A stretch of 59,111 bases of DNA from Bryobacteraceae bacterium (GCA_050014595.1 JBEKDA010000036.1:1-59111); one strand, 5' to 3'; counted from the stretch's first letter, positions 27,407 to 37,740 are shown. Notes: generated by a model not told the origin, from the sequence alone. Made by a program: numbers and translations.

Positions 27407-28141
27407 TTACTTCTTCTTCCGGGAGAACTTCTGCTGCACGTCCGGCCAGAATTCCGACATCAGGTTGCCGACTACGCCGCCGAACAGGCTGGTGTTGACG
27501 CGGCCGAGCATCACGGAACCGCGGACGCTGGCGGCGGGATAATAGGCATTCGACGCCGCGATCCCCAGCGCCATGCCGGCGATGTTCGATGCGTTGAAGG
27601 CGGCCTTGCCCGAATCCTGGCGAGCCACGACCAACCGTGTTATGGAATAAAACACGCGCGGGAGGAACTTCGATTGCGGCCCCAGGCGGAAGTAACGCGG
27701 GTCCTGGTGCAGCAAGTTGGCCATGACGCCCGCGCTGAAGTAATTCTGCGTAGCGCCATCGGCCAGAGCCGCGCCGAACCGTTTGCCGTAGGCCGGCCAG
27801 CCTTCGCCATATTTCGGCGTCTGGTTGCCGCCCTGGGAGAAGGCCGCTGTCATCGCCGCGCTGGCGATGTTGAAAGGATCCAACGTTTCCTTTTCCGCCA
27901 GGAGCCACTTCTGGCTCGGGGTCAGGGGAGCTACGTAGCGGTTGGTGTCGCGGACCGTTTGGTAATCCGGCATCACTCCCAGGATGCGAGCTTCGTTCAG
28001 CGGGCTGGGGGCAGGGAAGACATAAGGCGCAGGGATGGCTAGCGGCGCGGAGGCCGGCGTCTCCGCCGCGGAATCCAGCACTTGCGCCGATCCAGGAGCG
28101 ACAGCCCCTAGGATCAGGGCAGCGAACACACGTAGATTCAC
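27407..28141 (-). CDS. Secreted hypothetical protein (signal peptide; possibly outer-membrane associated)
   Basis: Signal peptide MNLRVFAALILGAVAPGSAQ. No family recognised with confidence. Confidence 0.45.
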   Translation of the reverse strand: MNLRVFAALILGAVAPGSAQVLDSAAETPASAPLAIPAPYVFPAPSPLNEARILGVMPDYQTVRDTNRYVAPLTPSQKWLLAEKETLDPFNIASAAMTAAFSQGGNQTPKYGEGWPAYGKRFGAALADGATQNYFSAGVMANLLHQDPRYFRLGPQSKFLPRVFYSITRLVVARQDSGKAAFNASNIAGMALGIAASNAYYPAASVRGSVMLGRVNTSLFGGVVGNLMSEFWPDVQQKFSRKKK

Positions 28142-28274
28142 TTCATTGGGGAGACGGCGGGTGCCGGTTGCCGGTTACCGGGACCTATCCGTATGGCTCA
28201 TAAGAGCTATTCTTTTGGTGTGGAAGGGAACATTTGAGCCGCCATTGCCGTATGGGTGGACTGAAGGAGATTCC

Positions 28275-28979
28275 ATGGACTCCAGATGTTTGGTTGTGGT
28301 CGCCGGCGCGCTGTGTCTGAGCAGTTGCGTGATTCAGGTGAATACCGGCCCGACGCGGCACGAAGTTCGCGAGTTCGATCGTCAGGGCGTGGAGCGCCTG
28401 CGCGTTGAGCTGCGGATGGGCGCGGGAGAACTGAAGGTCCGCGGCGGAGCGGAGAAACTGGCGCGCGCCGATTTCACGTACAACGTGGACGCCTGGAAGC
28501 CGGAAGTCCGCTACCACGGCGCCACCGGAAGCGGCGATCTCACCATCGAACAGCCCGGCAAGAATCATTCGAGCATCGGCGACACCACCTACCGCTGGGA
28601 CCTGCAACTGGCCAACGACGTGCCCGTTGATCTGATTGCAAATTTCGGCGCCGGTGAATCGCAGATGGATCTGGGCTCCTTGGACCTGCGCCGCGTTGAA
28701 GTGCAGATGGGGGTTGGCGAACTGCGCATGGATCTGCGCGGGAGGCCGAAGCACGATTACGATGTCCGCATCCGCGGCGGCGTCGGGGAAGCGACCGTTC
28801 ATTTGCCGCGCGATGTGGGTGTCTATGCCTCCGGCCGCGGCGGCATCGGCGAGATTCACACGCAAGGTCTGCGCCGCCAGGGTGACCACTGGGTGAACGA
28901 CGCCTATGATAATGCAAAAGTCCGCATCCACGTGGATGTGGAAGGCGGGATTGGCGAGATCACGCTGATCGCGGATTAG
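28275..28979 (+). CDS. Lipoprotein with DUF4097/'toast-rack' (LiaF/YvqF-like) repeated beta-solenoid domain
   Basis: Lipobox-like LCLSSC after the signal peptide. Repeated G.GEL.V/…GD.TIE…G.GEI rungs (LRMGAGELKV, VQMGVGELRM, GGVGEATV, GGIGEIH, GGIGEITL). Confidence 0.6.
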   Translation: MDSRCLVVVAGALCLSSCVIQVNTGPTRHEVREFDRQGVERLRVELRMGAGELKVRGGAEKLARADFTYNVDAWKPEVRYHGATGSGDLTIEQPGKNHSSIGDTTYRWDLQLANDVPVDLIANFGAGESQMDLGSLDLRRVEVQMGVGELRMDLRGRPKHDYDVRIRGGVGEATVHLPRDVGVYASGRGGIGEIHTQGLRRQGDHWVNDAYDNAKVRIHVDVEGGIGEITLIAD

Positions 28980-29164
28980 CCTCTGGACGTTTTCACACCT
29001 GCTGGCAGCGGCAGTGTCTCCCGAAGTGCTGGGCATTTACAACTCCGACTTCACGCCGAACTCGGCGTCCAACCCGGCGCAGGCCGGCTCCATCGCGACG
29101 TGGTACCTCACGGGCGGCGGGCAGACCGTGCCCGCCAGATTCGTAGAGCCGGGGCCCCGCTCCC

Positions 29165-30514
29165 TTACGGTCGTGCGACAAGTCGCGGCCCGGTGGGGAG
29201 GAGCGTGCGGCAGCGATTGTTGGCGATGGTGTTGGCGGTCGGTTGTATGCCGGGCGCAAAGCCGATGCACCGGCTCTGCATCTGGTATCCAGTCACTTCG
29301 TTGTCTTCGATCACATTCCCGCGCGAAGGCTCCGGCCATAGAATCCCGCGGCCCAGGTAGATGCCGGTCTCGAGCGCCTCGGGCTCGCCTTGCGGGTAGT
29401 AACAGCCGAACTCGGCGGCCTCCTCGTTGCAGTGCGCCAGATTCACGTTCAGCAGACGGTTATGCGCGATGGTATGGCCCGTGCCGAACAGGAAAATGCC
29501 GGTATACTTCACGCCGTCGAGCAGATTGCCGATCACCCGGATGCGGTTGGAGCGCGTGCGCGGATTGCTGTCGTTGAATAGAATCCCGATGTTGCCGTAA
29601 GGGTACAGGCGAGCGTCCGGAGTGTTGACGCAGGTGTTGTCCAGAACGTCGCCGTCGTGAAAGCCGTCGAGGTCGATACACTTACCGTCGATTTCGGTGA
29701 AGTGGTTGCGAGAATATGAGGTATCGTTGACATCGCCCGCCGTGTCGATGGCTGCCGGGTAGGCCTGGCTTTCGATATCGACTTCTTCGGCCGGGTAGCC
29801 GATGCGCGTGCCTTGGTTGCTTTCGACCCGGATGCGGGTCGCGTGGCCCACCTGAATGGCGTCGCGAGCGACGTTATTGAACCGGTTGAATGCGATCCAA
29901 CCGTCCTGGTTGCGGGGCGATGTAAAAAGCGAGTGCGTCCAAACGCCGTTGCCTCGGATGTCCTGGAAGAGACTGCGGGTGACCCGGAAATCGGTGGTGC
30001 CCTCTTCCAGCAGAATGCCGCCGGTGGAGTTGTTGCGGCCGAGGGGGTTGCGCGAGCCGCTGGCGGCGACCGAGACCTGGTCGATGTGGATATCGCGCGC
30101 GCGGCTCACCAGCACGGCGAAGCCCGCGATATTCCGGAACGCGACGTTCTCAATGCGCAGGCCGGAAACGCCCGCGGCCAGCACGCCGTTCGAACGCGTG
30201 AATTCGGAGAAAGGCTTGTCGGAGGGTGGGAGGCCGGTGCGGCGTTCGAGTGCGTCGCGGTTGCCGTCGATGGCGAAGCCGCGCAGCGTCACGCCGGCTC
30301 CGCGCACCACCAGGAGGGCGCGGCCGTCGAAATCGGCGGCTGCGTGCAGGACCGTGCCGGCAGCGGCTCCGCGCACTTCCACGCCGTCCGAGACGGTCCA
30401 CTCATGGTGGAGTTCGATGACGCCGGCCGGCAGCCTGATGACGCGCGGCCCCGGCCCGGGCAGGAGCAGGATCCAAGCCGCCGCCAGGATTGCCAGTGGA
30501 AGCAGGAGCCTCAC
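29165..30514 (-). CDS. Secreted right-handed parallel beta-helix (pectin-lyase-fold) protein; GTG start overlapping the stop of the upstream methyltransferase
   Basis: Signal peptide VRLLLPLAILAAAWILLLPG. Repeated NxxxxN/beta-helix rungs (…IENVAFRNIAGFAVLV…IDQVSVAASG…VRVESNQGTRIG…NTCVNTPDA…IGNLLDGV…). The 613-aa ORF-track version includes a non-credible N-terminal extension. Confidence 0.6.
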   Translation of the reverse strand: MRLLLPLAILAAAWILLLPGPGPRVIRLPAGVIELHHEWTVSDGVEVRGAAAGTVLHAAADFDGRALLVVRGAGVTLRGFAIDGNRDALERRTGLPPSDKPFSEFTRSNGVLAAGVSGLRIENVAFRNIAGFAVLVSRARDIHIDQVSVAASGSRNPLGRNNSTGGILLEEGTTDFRVTRSLFQDIRGNGVWTHSLFTSPRNQDGWIAFNRFNNVARDAIQVGHATRIRVESNQGTRIGYPAEEVDIESQAYPAAIDTAGDVNDTSYSRNHFTEIDGKCIDLDGFHDGDVLDNTCVNTPDARLYPYGNIGILFNDSNPRTRSNRIRVIGNLLDGVKYTGIFLFGTGHTIAHNRLLNVNLAHCNEEAAEFGCYYPQGEPEALETGIYLGRGILWPEPSRGNVIEDNEVTGYQMQSRCIGFAPGIQPTANTIANNRCRTLLPTGPRLVARP

Positions 30515-31803
30515 GCCACCTCGATGGTAATGGGTTGAAACGCGCGCCTGCCCAGCGCGACGCGCAATTCGTGCGGGCCTGGAGCGGTGCCGGAGGGCAG
30601 CCGGAAGTTGAATTCGTAGCACCGGTTCAGCGGGTCGGCCCGGAAGGAATCGGTTTCCAGCACGTCCCGGCCGTCCACGGTGGCGTGGAAAGCCTCCGGG
30701 TCGGCCACTTCCAGCAGCGTCACCTTCACCGCCCCGGAAGCCGTCCGATGGTCGAGCAACAGGTTCACGCCGTCCGTGACAGTAGTGAGGCGGGGCACCG
30801 AAGGACCGGGCGGGATGATGCGCACCCAGGCGGTGGGGCAGATCGTTTGTCCCAGCCACTTTACGCCCACCGGCACCATGCCGGTGCGAATGCCTTCGGG
30901 GAGCCAGACGTTCACCTGCTGCACGCCGTCGATGGCCGGCACCCCGAGGTATTCGGGGCGGCCCGGGATTCCGTCCACGGTAACGGTCATGTGGTTGAGG
31001 TCGCATTCATCCGGCAGGCGCTCGATCCAGAGCGAGAGCGCGGCCATGGGACCGGACGACGGCGCCACCGCTTCGCTGGTGAGGGCATTACTGACGTTGC
31101 GGATGGCCGCGGCGCTTTCGACGCGCCGTCCGGCGAGCGACTCAATCCAACCGGCCGGGCGTTTGCGGAGGGTGACCCACATGTATTGCGTGTGGATCAT
31201 CTCGAGCGCCAGCAACTGGAAATCGTTCTCCAGCGAAAACCGGATGATCTCCTGGGGCTGGATGCGCACGCCGCTCCAGGTGTCGTACTGTTTGGCGGCT
31301 GGCGGCAGCCCGTTGATCTGGCAGCGCAGAATTCCGCGGGGCTTAAGCACGCGGCGCGCCTCGCGCAGGTAATGAAAGACCACCTCGCGGCTGGGAATGT
31401 GCTGGAAGACGGCGTAGGAATACACGAAATCGAACTTCTCGCCGGGGAAGAGCGAAAGATCGGAGCCGGAGTTGTGGTGCGGAAAGGCGTTGGGCGTGTG
31501 GCGCAGGCGTTCGCGCGCCAGAGCGATCATGGCGTCGGAGACGTCCACTCCGTGAATCTCCTGGAAGTGACGGCTGAGCGGCCGCATCAGGCGGCCCGGC
31601 CCACAGCCGATTTCGAGCGCGGCGTCGCGGCCGGAAAGCCGCGGGAGGTCCCGCTCCAGCCACCTCACCACGGGCGCGGCAGTGGCAAAGAACTCATCTT
31701 CATCCTGGTCGCGCCGCCCGAAAGCGACGTAATAATTGGCATCTTCGGCGGCGCGGTGGTTCCAGTCGTCGCGCATGCGGTCAAGAATTTGAGGATCGTC
31801 CAT
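30511..31803 (-). CDS. Class I SAM-dependent methyltransferase with a C-terminal beta-rich domain
   Basis: Motif I ALEIGCGPGRL, post-I HGVDVSDAMIALAR, motif II/III FDFVYSYAVFQHIP…VLKPRGIL. Confidence 0.7.
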   Translation of the reverse strand: MDDPQILDRMRDDWNHRAAEDANYYVAFGRRDQDEDEFFATAAPVVRWLERDLPRLSGRDAALEIGCGPGRLMRPLSRHFQEIHGVDVSDAMIALARERLRHTPNAFPHHNSGSDLSLFPGEKFDFVYSYAVFQHIPSREVVFHYLREARRVLKPRGILRCQINGLPPAAKQYDTWSGVRIQPQEIIRFSLENDFQLLALEMIHTQYMWVTLRKRPAGWIESLAGRRVESAAAIRNVSNALTSEAVAPSSGPMAALSLWIERLPDECDLNHMTVTVDGIPGRPEYLGVPAIDGVQQVNVWLPEGIRTGMVPVGVKWLGQTICPTAWVRIIPPGPSVPRLTTVTDGVNLLLDHRTASGAVKVTLLEVADPEAFHATVDGRDVLETDSFRADPLNRCYEFNFRLPSGTAPGPHELRVALGRRAFQPITIEVA

Positions 31804-31827
31804 CGTGCAGTTGTTATTCTAACGTTT

Positions 31828-32763
31828 ATGGCTCTCGCATTTCGCCGTGTGACCAGTGGTCCGTTGCAGAGTTTCGATGCGGCCGCGCCGGATGGCGTGG
31901 TGGTTGGCATTATCGGGGAGAATGGCTCCGGCAAGGGACGCCTGCTCAGCCTGGCGGCCGGAGAGGAAGCGGCCGCTTGCGGTTCGGTGGAACCTTCCGG
32001 CGCCGTCCGCCGGCTGGGCCCCGATGACGCGCTCGATCTCTCGCCCGTGCCGGTTCTGCTGATCTACCACACGTTTGCCCGCCAGGATGCGCTGGCGCGC
32101 GAACAGGCCGCTATGGCGCTCGATGGCCTGCGGAGAGCCGGCACAACCACTCTGTTGGTTTCGCACGACGAGGACTTGCTGCGCCGGCTCTCGGACGAGG
32201 TTTGGTGGCTGCACGAGCGAAAACTGGCGGGCCGCGGCGATCCGGGAGAAGTGCTGACGGCCTACCGCCGCCACATCGCGCAACGGCTGCGAGCCTGGGC
32301 CGAAACGGCGACCATGCGGCTCCAACCGCGCTGGCGCCGCGGCGACGGGCGCGCCGAGATTCTGAGCGTCGAGACCATCGGCGAGAACGGCCACGCCACG
32401 CTGGTCTGGCGCAGCGGGGAACTGGCGGTGGTGAAAGTGCGCGTACGCTTCCGCCAAGCGGTGGCAGATCCGGTGATCGGCATTATGATCCGCACGCGCA
32501 TCGGCCTGAATGTCTACGGCACCAACACCGAGCTCGAGAAACTGAAGCTGGGTCCTTGCGCGGCCGGCGATTTGCGCGAAATCAGCTTCGCCTTCCGCTG
32601 CGAGCTTTGCCCGGAGAATTATACTCTGACGGTGGCCTCGCACGATCCCGATGGCCTCTGGCACGATTGGCTGGAAGATGCCGTCTCTTTCGCGGTGGGC
32701 GATGACCGCTACACCGCCGGCGTGGCGAACCTGCGGGCCACGGTCACGGTTACTCAAGGCTGA
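31828..32763 (+). CDS. Wzt/TagH-like ABC ATPase homologue with a degenerate, shortened nucleotide-binding domain, plus Wzt_C-type C-terminal carbohydrate-binding domain
   Basis: Walker-A-like GIIGENGSGKGRLL (GKS/T replaced by GKG). The Walker-B position reads VLLIYHT instead of hhhhDE. H-loop-like TLLVSHD. No Q-loop or LSGGQ signature fits in the short spacing. The C-terminus (ILSVETIGENGHATLVWRSGELAVVKVRVRF…ISFAFRCELCPENYTLTVASHD) is Wzt_C-like. Confidence 0.5.
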   Translation: MALAFRRVTSGPLQSFDAAAPDGVVVGIIGENGSGKGRLLSLAAGEEAAACGSVEPSGAVRRLGPDDALDLSPVPVLLIYHTFARQDALAREQAAMALDGLRRAGTTTLLVSHDEDLLRRLSDEVWWLHERKLAGRGDPGEVLTAYRRHIAQRLRAWAETATMRLQPRWRRGDGRAEILSVETIGENGHATLVWRSGELAVVKVRVRFRQAVADPVIGIMIRTRIGLNVYGTNTELEKLKLGPCAAGDLREISFAFRCELCPENYTLTVASHDPDGLWHDWLEDAVSFAVGDDRYTAGVANLRATVTVTQG

Positions 32764-33026
32764 CCGGCTGCAAGGCGACGTGTCGAGACTGTCTCGTCCC
32801 AGTATGCGGCCTGACAGGGTCGAAAAAGCAGGGCGCCTACGGAGTGGGGCAGCCAATCCTGGCTGCAAGCCGCCTTTCAGGCGGCTGGACCAGATGGAAA
32901 GCGAGTCCGCGGGCTGTATAGCCCGCCCCACGAACGGCGAGGGTCCTCACGGTTTTTCATGAAATTTCGCGGGCCGAAGGCCCTCTACCCACGAAAGCGA
33001 TGGTCCGTCCCACTGGGGGAAGCAGG

Positions 33027-34382
33027 CTAACCTCTTGGGTCGACGATGAAGGTGGGCACGATGCCGGCGGCGGAAGAGAAACCGGCTCTGCCGGCCGAAA
33101 GCCAACTCGAACAGCCGTGTACCTTACCCAGGTACGCGTGCGGGTGCACATCTACCTGCATTTCGCGGAATTCCAAGTGGCCGAATGTCATCAGCGGAAA
33201 GATGGAACGCACCGGATCTACGCGCTCCTGCACCACGTAAGGCGAACGCATGGCCTGCTTGATGGCGCGGTCCCATCCGTTCGAATCCATTTCCCAGCCG
33301 AAGTAGCTGTGCTGGTCGCTGTAATCGTCGTTGGGCTTGAGCGCCAGGCGCTCGCGGTTCCGCGCGACGAATTCCAGCAGGTCCACGGGCTTATCGTCGT
33401 AGGTGGTTTTCGCCGCCGTCACCAGGCGCGTCCAGGGCACGTGTTCGCGAATGGCTTTGCGCTCCGCCGCCGGGAAGCGGGCGGTAAAAGTCTCGTCAGT
33501 GAGCAGGCCGAACATGGCCTTCTTGTGCGCCACCTCCGAACGGAAGCTGTTCACCACGCAGACGGCGCGGTCGCGGTAGGCCTGCACCAGCGGATGAGTC
33601 AGATCGAAGCGTAGCAGGAATTCCTGCACGCCCAGCCGGCGATAGACCAGGTCGATTTCGAAAGCGCCTTTCCGCAACACGCCGTTGCGGTATTCGAGCT
33701 GCTCGGGGGAGACGATCTCCACCTGATACCCCTCGTCGCGGAAAAAACCGCGGTACAGTTCGTATTCGCTCTGGCCGAAATTGTAGGCCGGACGGAATTC
33801 CACGATGGCAATGCACGGCTTCTTGGAATTTCCGCCAAACTGCTTGTAGGATTTCAGCAAGGCCTGGAGCAGATGCTTGCGGCTGCCGGTGCGTGTGAGC
33901 GAGTATTTCTTGCGGAATTCTTTCACCGGCGGGCAATCGTAAAAAAGGTCCGCCAGCGCGTCCGCATAACCCGCTCCGGTGGGCGAATCGGCATTGTACT
34001 GCACGAAATGCAGATGCCCGTTGACCAGGTGAGTATCCAGTCGCGCGGCCACTTCCAGCGCCTGGTATCCGGGGTCGATGGCCGCCAGCATCTTCTCGGC
34101 GGGAAGCAATTCCAGCCGGGCCAGCAGCGCCGGGTTGCTCAGCACCATCTGCTGCACGCGGTCAATGGCGCCGATTAGCGCTTCGCCCGTCTTGACGAGT
34201 GAGTCGTACTGCCGCCGGGAAATGAAGTTGGGACGCAGAAAGGGACAGATCAAGCGTCCACCCGCGACCAGGTTGGAGCTTTCCATGCGCTGCTGGAGCG
34301 CGTCCACCCAGGCCAGATCGCGGAACGGGCCGCTCTCCAGGAGCTTGTTATATCTTACGACTGCCTCATCCAACTGGGACAT
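33027..34382 (-). CDS. Circularly permuted ATP-grasp type 2 family protein
   Basis: The overall pattern (…VVQERVDP…FGHLEFREMQV…IVPTFIVDP…) and length fit the CP_ATPgrasp_2 family. Assignment by family resemblance only. Confidence 0.55.
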   Translation of the reverse strand: MSQLDEAVVRYNKLLESGPFRDLAWVDALQQRMESSNLVAGGRLICPFLRPNFISRRQYDSLVKTGEALIGAIDRVQQMVLSNPALLARLELLPAEKMLAAIDPGYQALEVAARLDTHLVNGHLHFVQYNADSPTGAGYADALADLFYDCPPVKEFRKKYSLTRTGSRKHLLQALLKSYKQFGGNSKKPCIAIVEFRPAYNFGQSEYELYRGFFRDEGYQVEIVSPEQLEYRNGVLRKGAFEIDLVYRRLGVQEFLLRFDLTHPLVQAYRDRAVCVVNSFRSEVAHKKAMFGLLTDETFTARFPAAERKAIREHVPWTRLVTAAKTTYDDKPVDLLEFVARNRERLALKPNDDYSDQHSYFGWEMDSNGWDRAIKQAMRSPYVVQERVDPVRSIFPLMTFGHLEFREMQVDVHPHAYLGKVHGCSSWLSAGRAGFSSAAGIVPTFIVDPRG

Positions 34383-34584
34383 TGCTTGACTTCGAAACCT
34401 TCAATCTACTTTTGAGTATCCCACAGATGTCAAAAAAACGATAGGTTTTGAGTCAGCGATTTGATGATAAGTAGTCTATTATCAATTGATTATGGGGTAT
34501 AATCAAGTTGCACACAAATTCACCTGAAACCCCCACTCTGGGATAAACCTGGCGGATTGTGGGCCCAGCCGGTCTTGCAGCCGG

Positions 34585-36621
34585 CTATTGCCTTTTGGTT
34601 TCCTGCGCCAACTTGACGCGAGCGGCGTCCAGTTTGGTTCCTACCTTAGTAACCTCTTCGGGATCGACTTCGGACGGCAATTCGTCCTTGAAGCCCTTCA
34701 AAGAAGCGGTCCATTGCGCGATGGCTTCTTTGGTCTTGCCAAGCTTCAAATAAACGTCGCCCAGGTGATCGTGCACGGTGGGATCCGCGTCCAGATGGCT
34801 GGTTGCTTTGATGAGGCAGCCCTCGGCGTCGGCCAACTTGCCCTGGCGGAAATACACCCAACCCAGGCTGTCCAGGTAGGCGCCGTTATCGGGATCCAGA
34901 TCGACGGCTTTCCTGATGAGCTGATAGGCTTCATCCAGCCGGAGGTTGCGGTCCGCCAGGGTATAGCCCAGATAGTTCAGCGCTTCGGCGTACTGCGGAT
35001 TGAGGGCGAGTGCCTGGCGGAAGGCCGCTTCGGATTCGTCGTATTTCTTCATGCGCTCGAACATGGCGCCGCGCATGAAAAAGACCCTCTCTTTCTCGGC
35101 GTCGTTGGAGGCGAGTTTTTCGGCCTCATCCAGGGCCTTGCCCATGTCCTCCCAACGTTTGCCTTTTTCGTAGACGTCGGCGGCCGTTGTCAGAGTCAGA
35201 AAATCGCGTGGGCCATTCATGAGCCCGCGGAGTTCACTGGCGGCCTCATCGGTCTTGCCCAGGTCGCCAAGCACCACGGCGTGCTCGCGGGCAACCATGT
35301 ACTCGTTGGGAAACTTTTTCAGAGCGGCTTCGGCTTCGCGTTGGGCGCTGACCATATCCTTGGCGAAGCGGTACGTATCGACGATCTCCACGGCCATTAC
35401 TTGCTCGCTGTCTTTGTAGACGGCGCCCATCTGTTTGAAGGCGTCAATGGCCTCCGGGTAATGGCCGGCCCTTTGATTCAACTCGCCCAGTTCCCTATAC
35501 CGATCGGCGCGCTCCTGCTGCTCTTCCTTGGAATAGATCTTGCGCGCGGTGTCGGCCAGCAAACTGCTCATGGCAGCGATGGCCTGATCGAGTTTTCCTT
35601 CGGCCTCGTACAGCTTGATTTCCTCCTGCCGCGGTTCCAGGCCGTCCGGGTCGATTTTTTTGGCCTTGTCGATGGCTTCGTGGGCCTTGGAGTAATCGCG
35701 GTTGTTGCTGTATATGTCAGCCATGCGCAGCGGAATCATGGGATCGCGCGGAGACCGCGTTGCCAGGTCCTGGTAAATCTTGAGCGCCTCGTCGGTCTGG
35801 TCGGAGAAATAAAGGTCTTCGGCCAGGCCGCGCGCCAGGCGGTCGTCGTCGGGCGAAAGAGCCACGGCCTTGCGCAGGGCATCGGCGGCGTTCTTATAAT
35901 CCTTTTGCTCTTCGTAGGCTTGCGCCAGAATCCGCAACGAGCGGTCGTTGGGATTCTTGTCCGTGGCGGCCTTGAGCTTTTCGATGGCGCGCTTGGTGTC
36001 GCCCATGTTGCCGTACAGCATGGCGAGGCCAGTGAGCGCTTCTTCGTTGTCCGGCTCGATGGCCAGCGCGGCGTTGTACGCTTTCTCGGCGTCGGGTGCG
36101 TTGCCGGAAGTGCCGTACAGCTTGGCCAGCATCACCCAACTCTCCACATCCTTGGAATCCTTGCCGGTGACCTTCTCGTATTCCTGGATGGCCATGTGGA
36201 GGGCACGCTCGTCGATCTTGCCCTGCGGGGCGTGGGCCAGTGCCGCGGTGTAGATGCGCCCCAGCATGCGGTGCGCGCCCACGTTATCGGGGTTCTGCTT
36301 CAGGATATCCTGCGCCAGAGCGGTAGCGTCGTCCAGGCGGTTGATCGCCAGGTAGAGATCCGTCAGCTCATCCAGGATGATGCCAGCCTTGGGGTCGGCT
36401 TTGAGCGCCTCCCGGTAGTGCTGGATGGCCTTATCGATGTAGTCCTTGTTTCCATCGGCCTGCGCCAGCTCCGCGTACACCCGTCCCATGGCAAAATTGT
36501 AATAGGCGCTAGCCCGGTTGTCCGGCGGCGCACTGTTCTGGTTTTGCGGGGACGCCGCCTGCGCGAACGCAACCGCAACCAGTGAGGCAGCAATCAAAAA
36601 CGCTTTGGCTAACCGAATCAT
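34585..36621 (-). CDS. Secreted tetratricopeptide-repeat (TPR) protein
   Basis: Signal peptide MIRLAKAFLIAASLVAVAFAQA, then many 34-aa TPR units (…AYYNFAMGRVYAELAQ…, …ALNYLGYTLADRN…, etc.). Confidence 0.75.
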   Translation of the reverse strand: MIRLAKAFLIAASLVAVAFAQAASPQNQNSAPPDNRASAYYNFAMGRVYAELAQADGNKDYIDKAIQHYREALKADPKAGIILDELTDLYLAINRLDDATALAQDILKQNPDNVGAHRMLGRIYTAALAHAPQGKIDERALHMAIQEYEKVTGKDSKDVESWVMLAKLYGTSGNAPDAEKAYNAALAIEPDNEEALTGLAMLYGNMGDTKRAIEKLKAATDKNPNDRSLRILAQAYEEQKDYKNAADALRKAVALSPDDDRLARGLAEDLYFSDQTDEALKIYQDLATRSPRDPMIPLRMADIYSNNRDYSKAHEAIDKAKKIDPDGLEPRQEEIKLYEAEGKLDQAIAAMSSLLADTARKIYSKEEQQERADRYRELGELNQRAGHYPEAIDAFKQMGAVYKDSEQVMAVEIVDTYRFAKDMVSAQREAEAALKKFPNEYMVAREHAVVLGDLGKTDEAASELRGLMNGPRDFLTLTTAADVYEKGKRWEDMGKALDEAEKLASNDAEKERVFFMRGAMFERMKKYDESEAAFRQALALNPQYAEALNYLGYTLADRNLRLDEAYQLIRKAVDLDPDNGAYLDSLGWVYFRQGKLADAEGCLIKATSHLDADPTVHDHLGDVYLKLGKTKEAIAQWTASLKGFKDELPSEVDPEEVTKVGTKLDAARVKLAQETKRQ

Positions 36622-36725
36622 GGAAACCTAACCTCTTTTTTCAACCGACTGGTACCCCGGCAGGCCGAAGATTACCTTTATATTGTATAACGGGGCTGTG
36701 CGGCAAGGCCCCGGCACTCGAAACT

Positions 36726-37718
36726 GTGACCGACCACCAACAGCAATCCGCCTCCAGCGCCGCTATACCAGCAGACGCGCCCGAACGGCCGCTGGTTGCG
36801 GTGGCCGGTCCCACGGGCTCGGGAAAGAGCGATCTCGCACTGCTCATTGCCGAACAGTTCGGGGGCGAAATCATCAACTGCGATTCCCTCCAGGTCTACC
36901 GGTATTTCGACATCGGCACGGCGAAACTGCCGCTCGCGGAACGCCGCGGCATCGCGCACCACCTGATCGATATTCTCGATCCCGACGAGCCTTTTACCGC
37001 TGGAGAGTACGCGCGCATGGCGCGTGAAGCCATCGCCGCCATCTCCGCTCGGGGTCGCCTGCCGATCCTGGCCGGCGGCACCGGCTTCTACCTGCGTGCT
37101 TTGTTAGACGGACTGTTCGAAGGTCCGTCACGCGACCAGGAACTGCGCGACCGTCTGGCGGCCCGCGAGCGAAAGCGCACGGGCTCCTTGCACCGCCTGC
37201 TCGACCGCATCGATCGCGAAACCGCGCGCAAGATTCATCCGCACGACGTGCCAAAGGTCACGCGGGCGCTGGAAGTCTGTCTCCTCACGCACCGGCCGGC
37301 CAGCGAAGTCTTCCGCCAGGGCCGCGACGCGCTGCGCGGCTACCGCACGCTCAAAATCGGCTTGCTGCCCGATCGCGACGCGTTGCACGGGCGGCTCGAC
37401 CGGCGCTGCGCCGCGATGTTCGCCGGCGGGCTGGTGGATGAAGTGCGCCACATCCTGGCGCGCGGGTTCGCCGAAGCATCCAAGCCTTTCGAATCCCACG
37501 GTTACAAACAGGCGCTGCAACTCATCCGTGGCGAGTTGAATCAACGCGAGGCAGTTTTCTACGCCCAGCGCAACACGCGGCAATACGCCAAACGGCAACT
37601 GACATGGTTCCGCCGGGACCCCGGCCTGGCATGGTTGCACGGTTTCGCAGACACTCCCGGAATCCGCGAAGACGCGCTCGACCGCGTGGCGGAATTTGTG
37701 GCCGGCCGGCACGTATAA
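36726..37718 (+). CDS. miaA: tRNA dimethylallyltransferase (GTG start)
   Basis: P-loop AVAGPTGSGKSDLAL; DSLQVYRYFDIGTAK; conserved MiaA core through …RQYAKRQLTWFRRDP. The first ~48 codons of the listed ORF overlap the TPR gene and are rejected. Confidence 0.85.
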   Translation: MTDHQQQSASSAAIPADAPERPLVAVAGPTGSGKSDLALLIAEQFGGEIINCDSLQVYRYFDIGTAKLPLAERRGIAHHLIDILDPDEPFTAGEYARMAREAIAAISARGRLPILAGGTGFYLRALLDGLFEGPSRDQELRDRLAARERKRTGSLHRLLDRIDRETARKIHPHDVPKVTRALEVCLLTHRPASEVFRQGRDALRGYRTLKIGLLPDRDALHGRLDRRCAAMFAGGLVDEVRHILARGFAEASKPFESHGYKQALQLIRGELNQREAVFYAQRNTRQYAKRQLTWFRRDPGLAWLHGFADTPGIREDALDRVAEFVAGRHV

Positions 37719-37740
37719 TCGAGGGTAAGGCCCATCCTTT

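Noticed and set aside
28035-28274. N-terminal 80-aa extension of the toast-rack lipoprotein ORF
   Set aside because: It overlaps the upstream convergent gene and precedes the obvious signal peptide/lipobox. The start was moved to ATG 28275.
30490-32763. 757-aa ORF on the plus strand, and similar very long ORFs (10641-11663, 14051-15283, 23351-25162, 34588-36585, 37522-39039, 39666-41000, 47519-49633, 51731-53119, 56127-57641)
   Set aside because: They run antisense or out of frame through well-supported genes and have Arg/Gly/Ala/Pro-rich, motif-free composition typical of spurious ORFs in high-GC DNA. Only the in-frame portions with recognisable domains were kept (e.g. 31828-32763).
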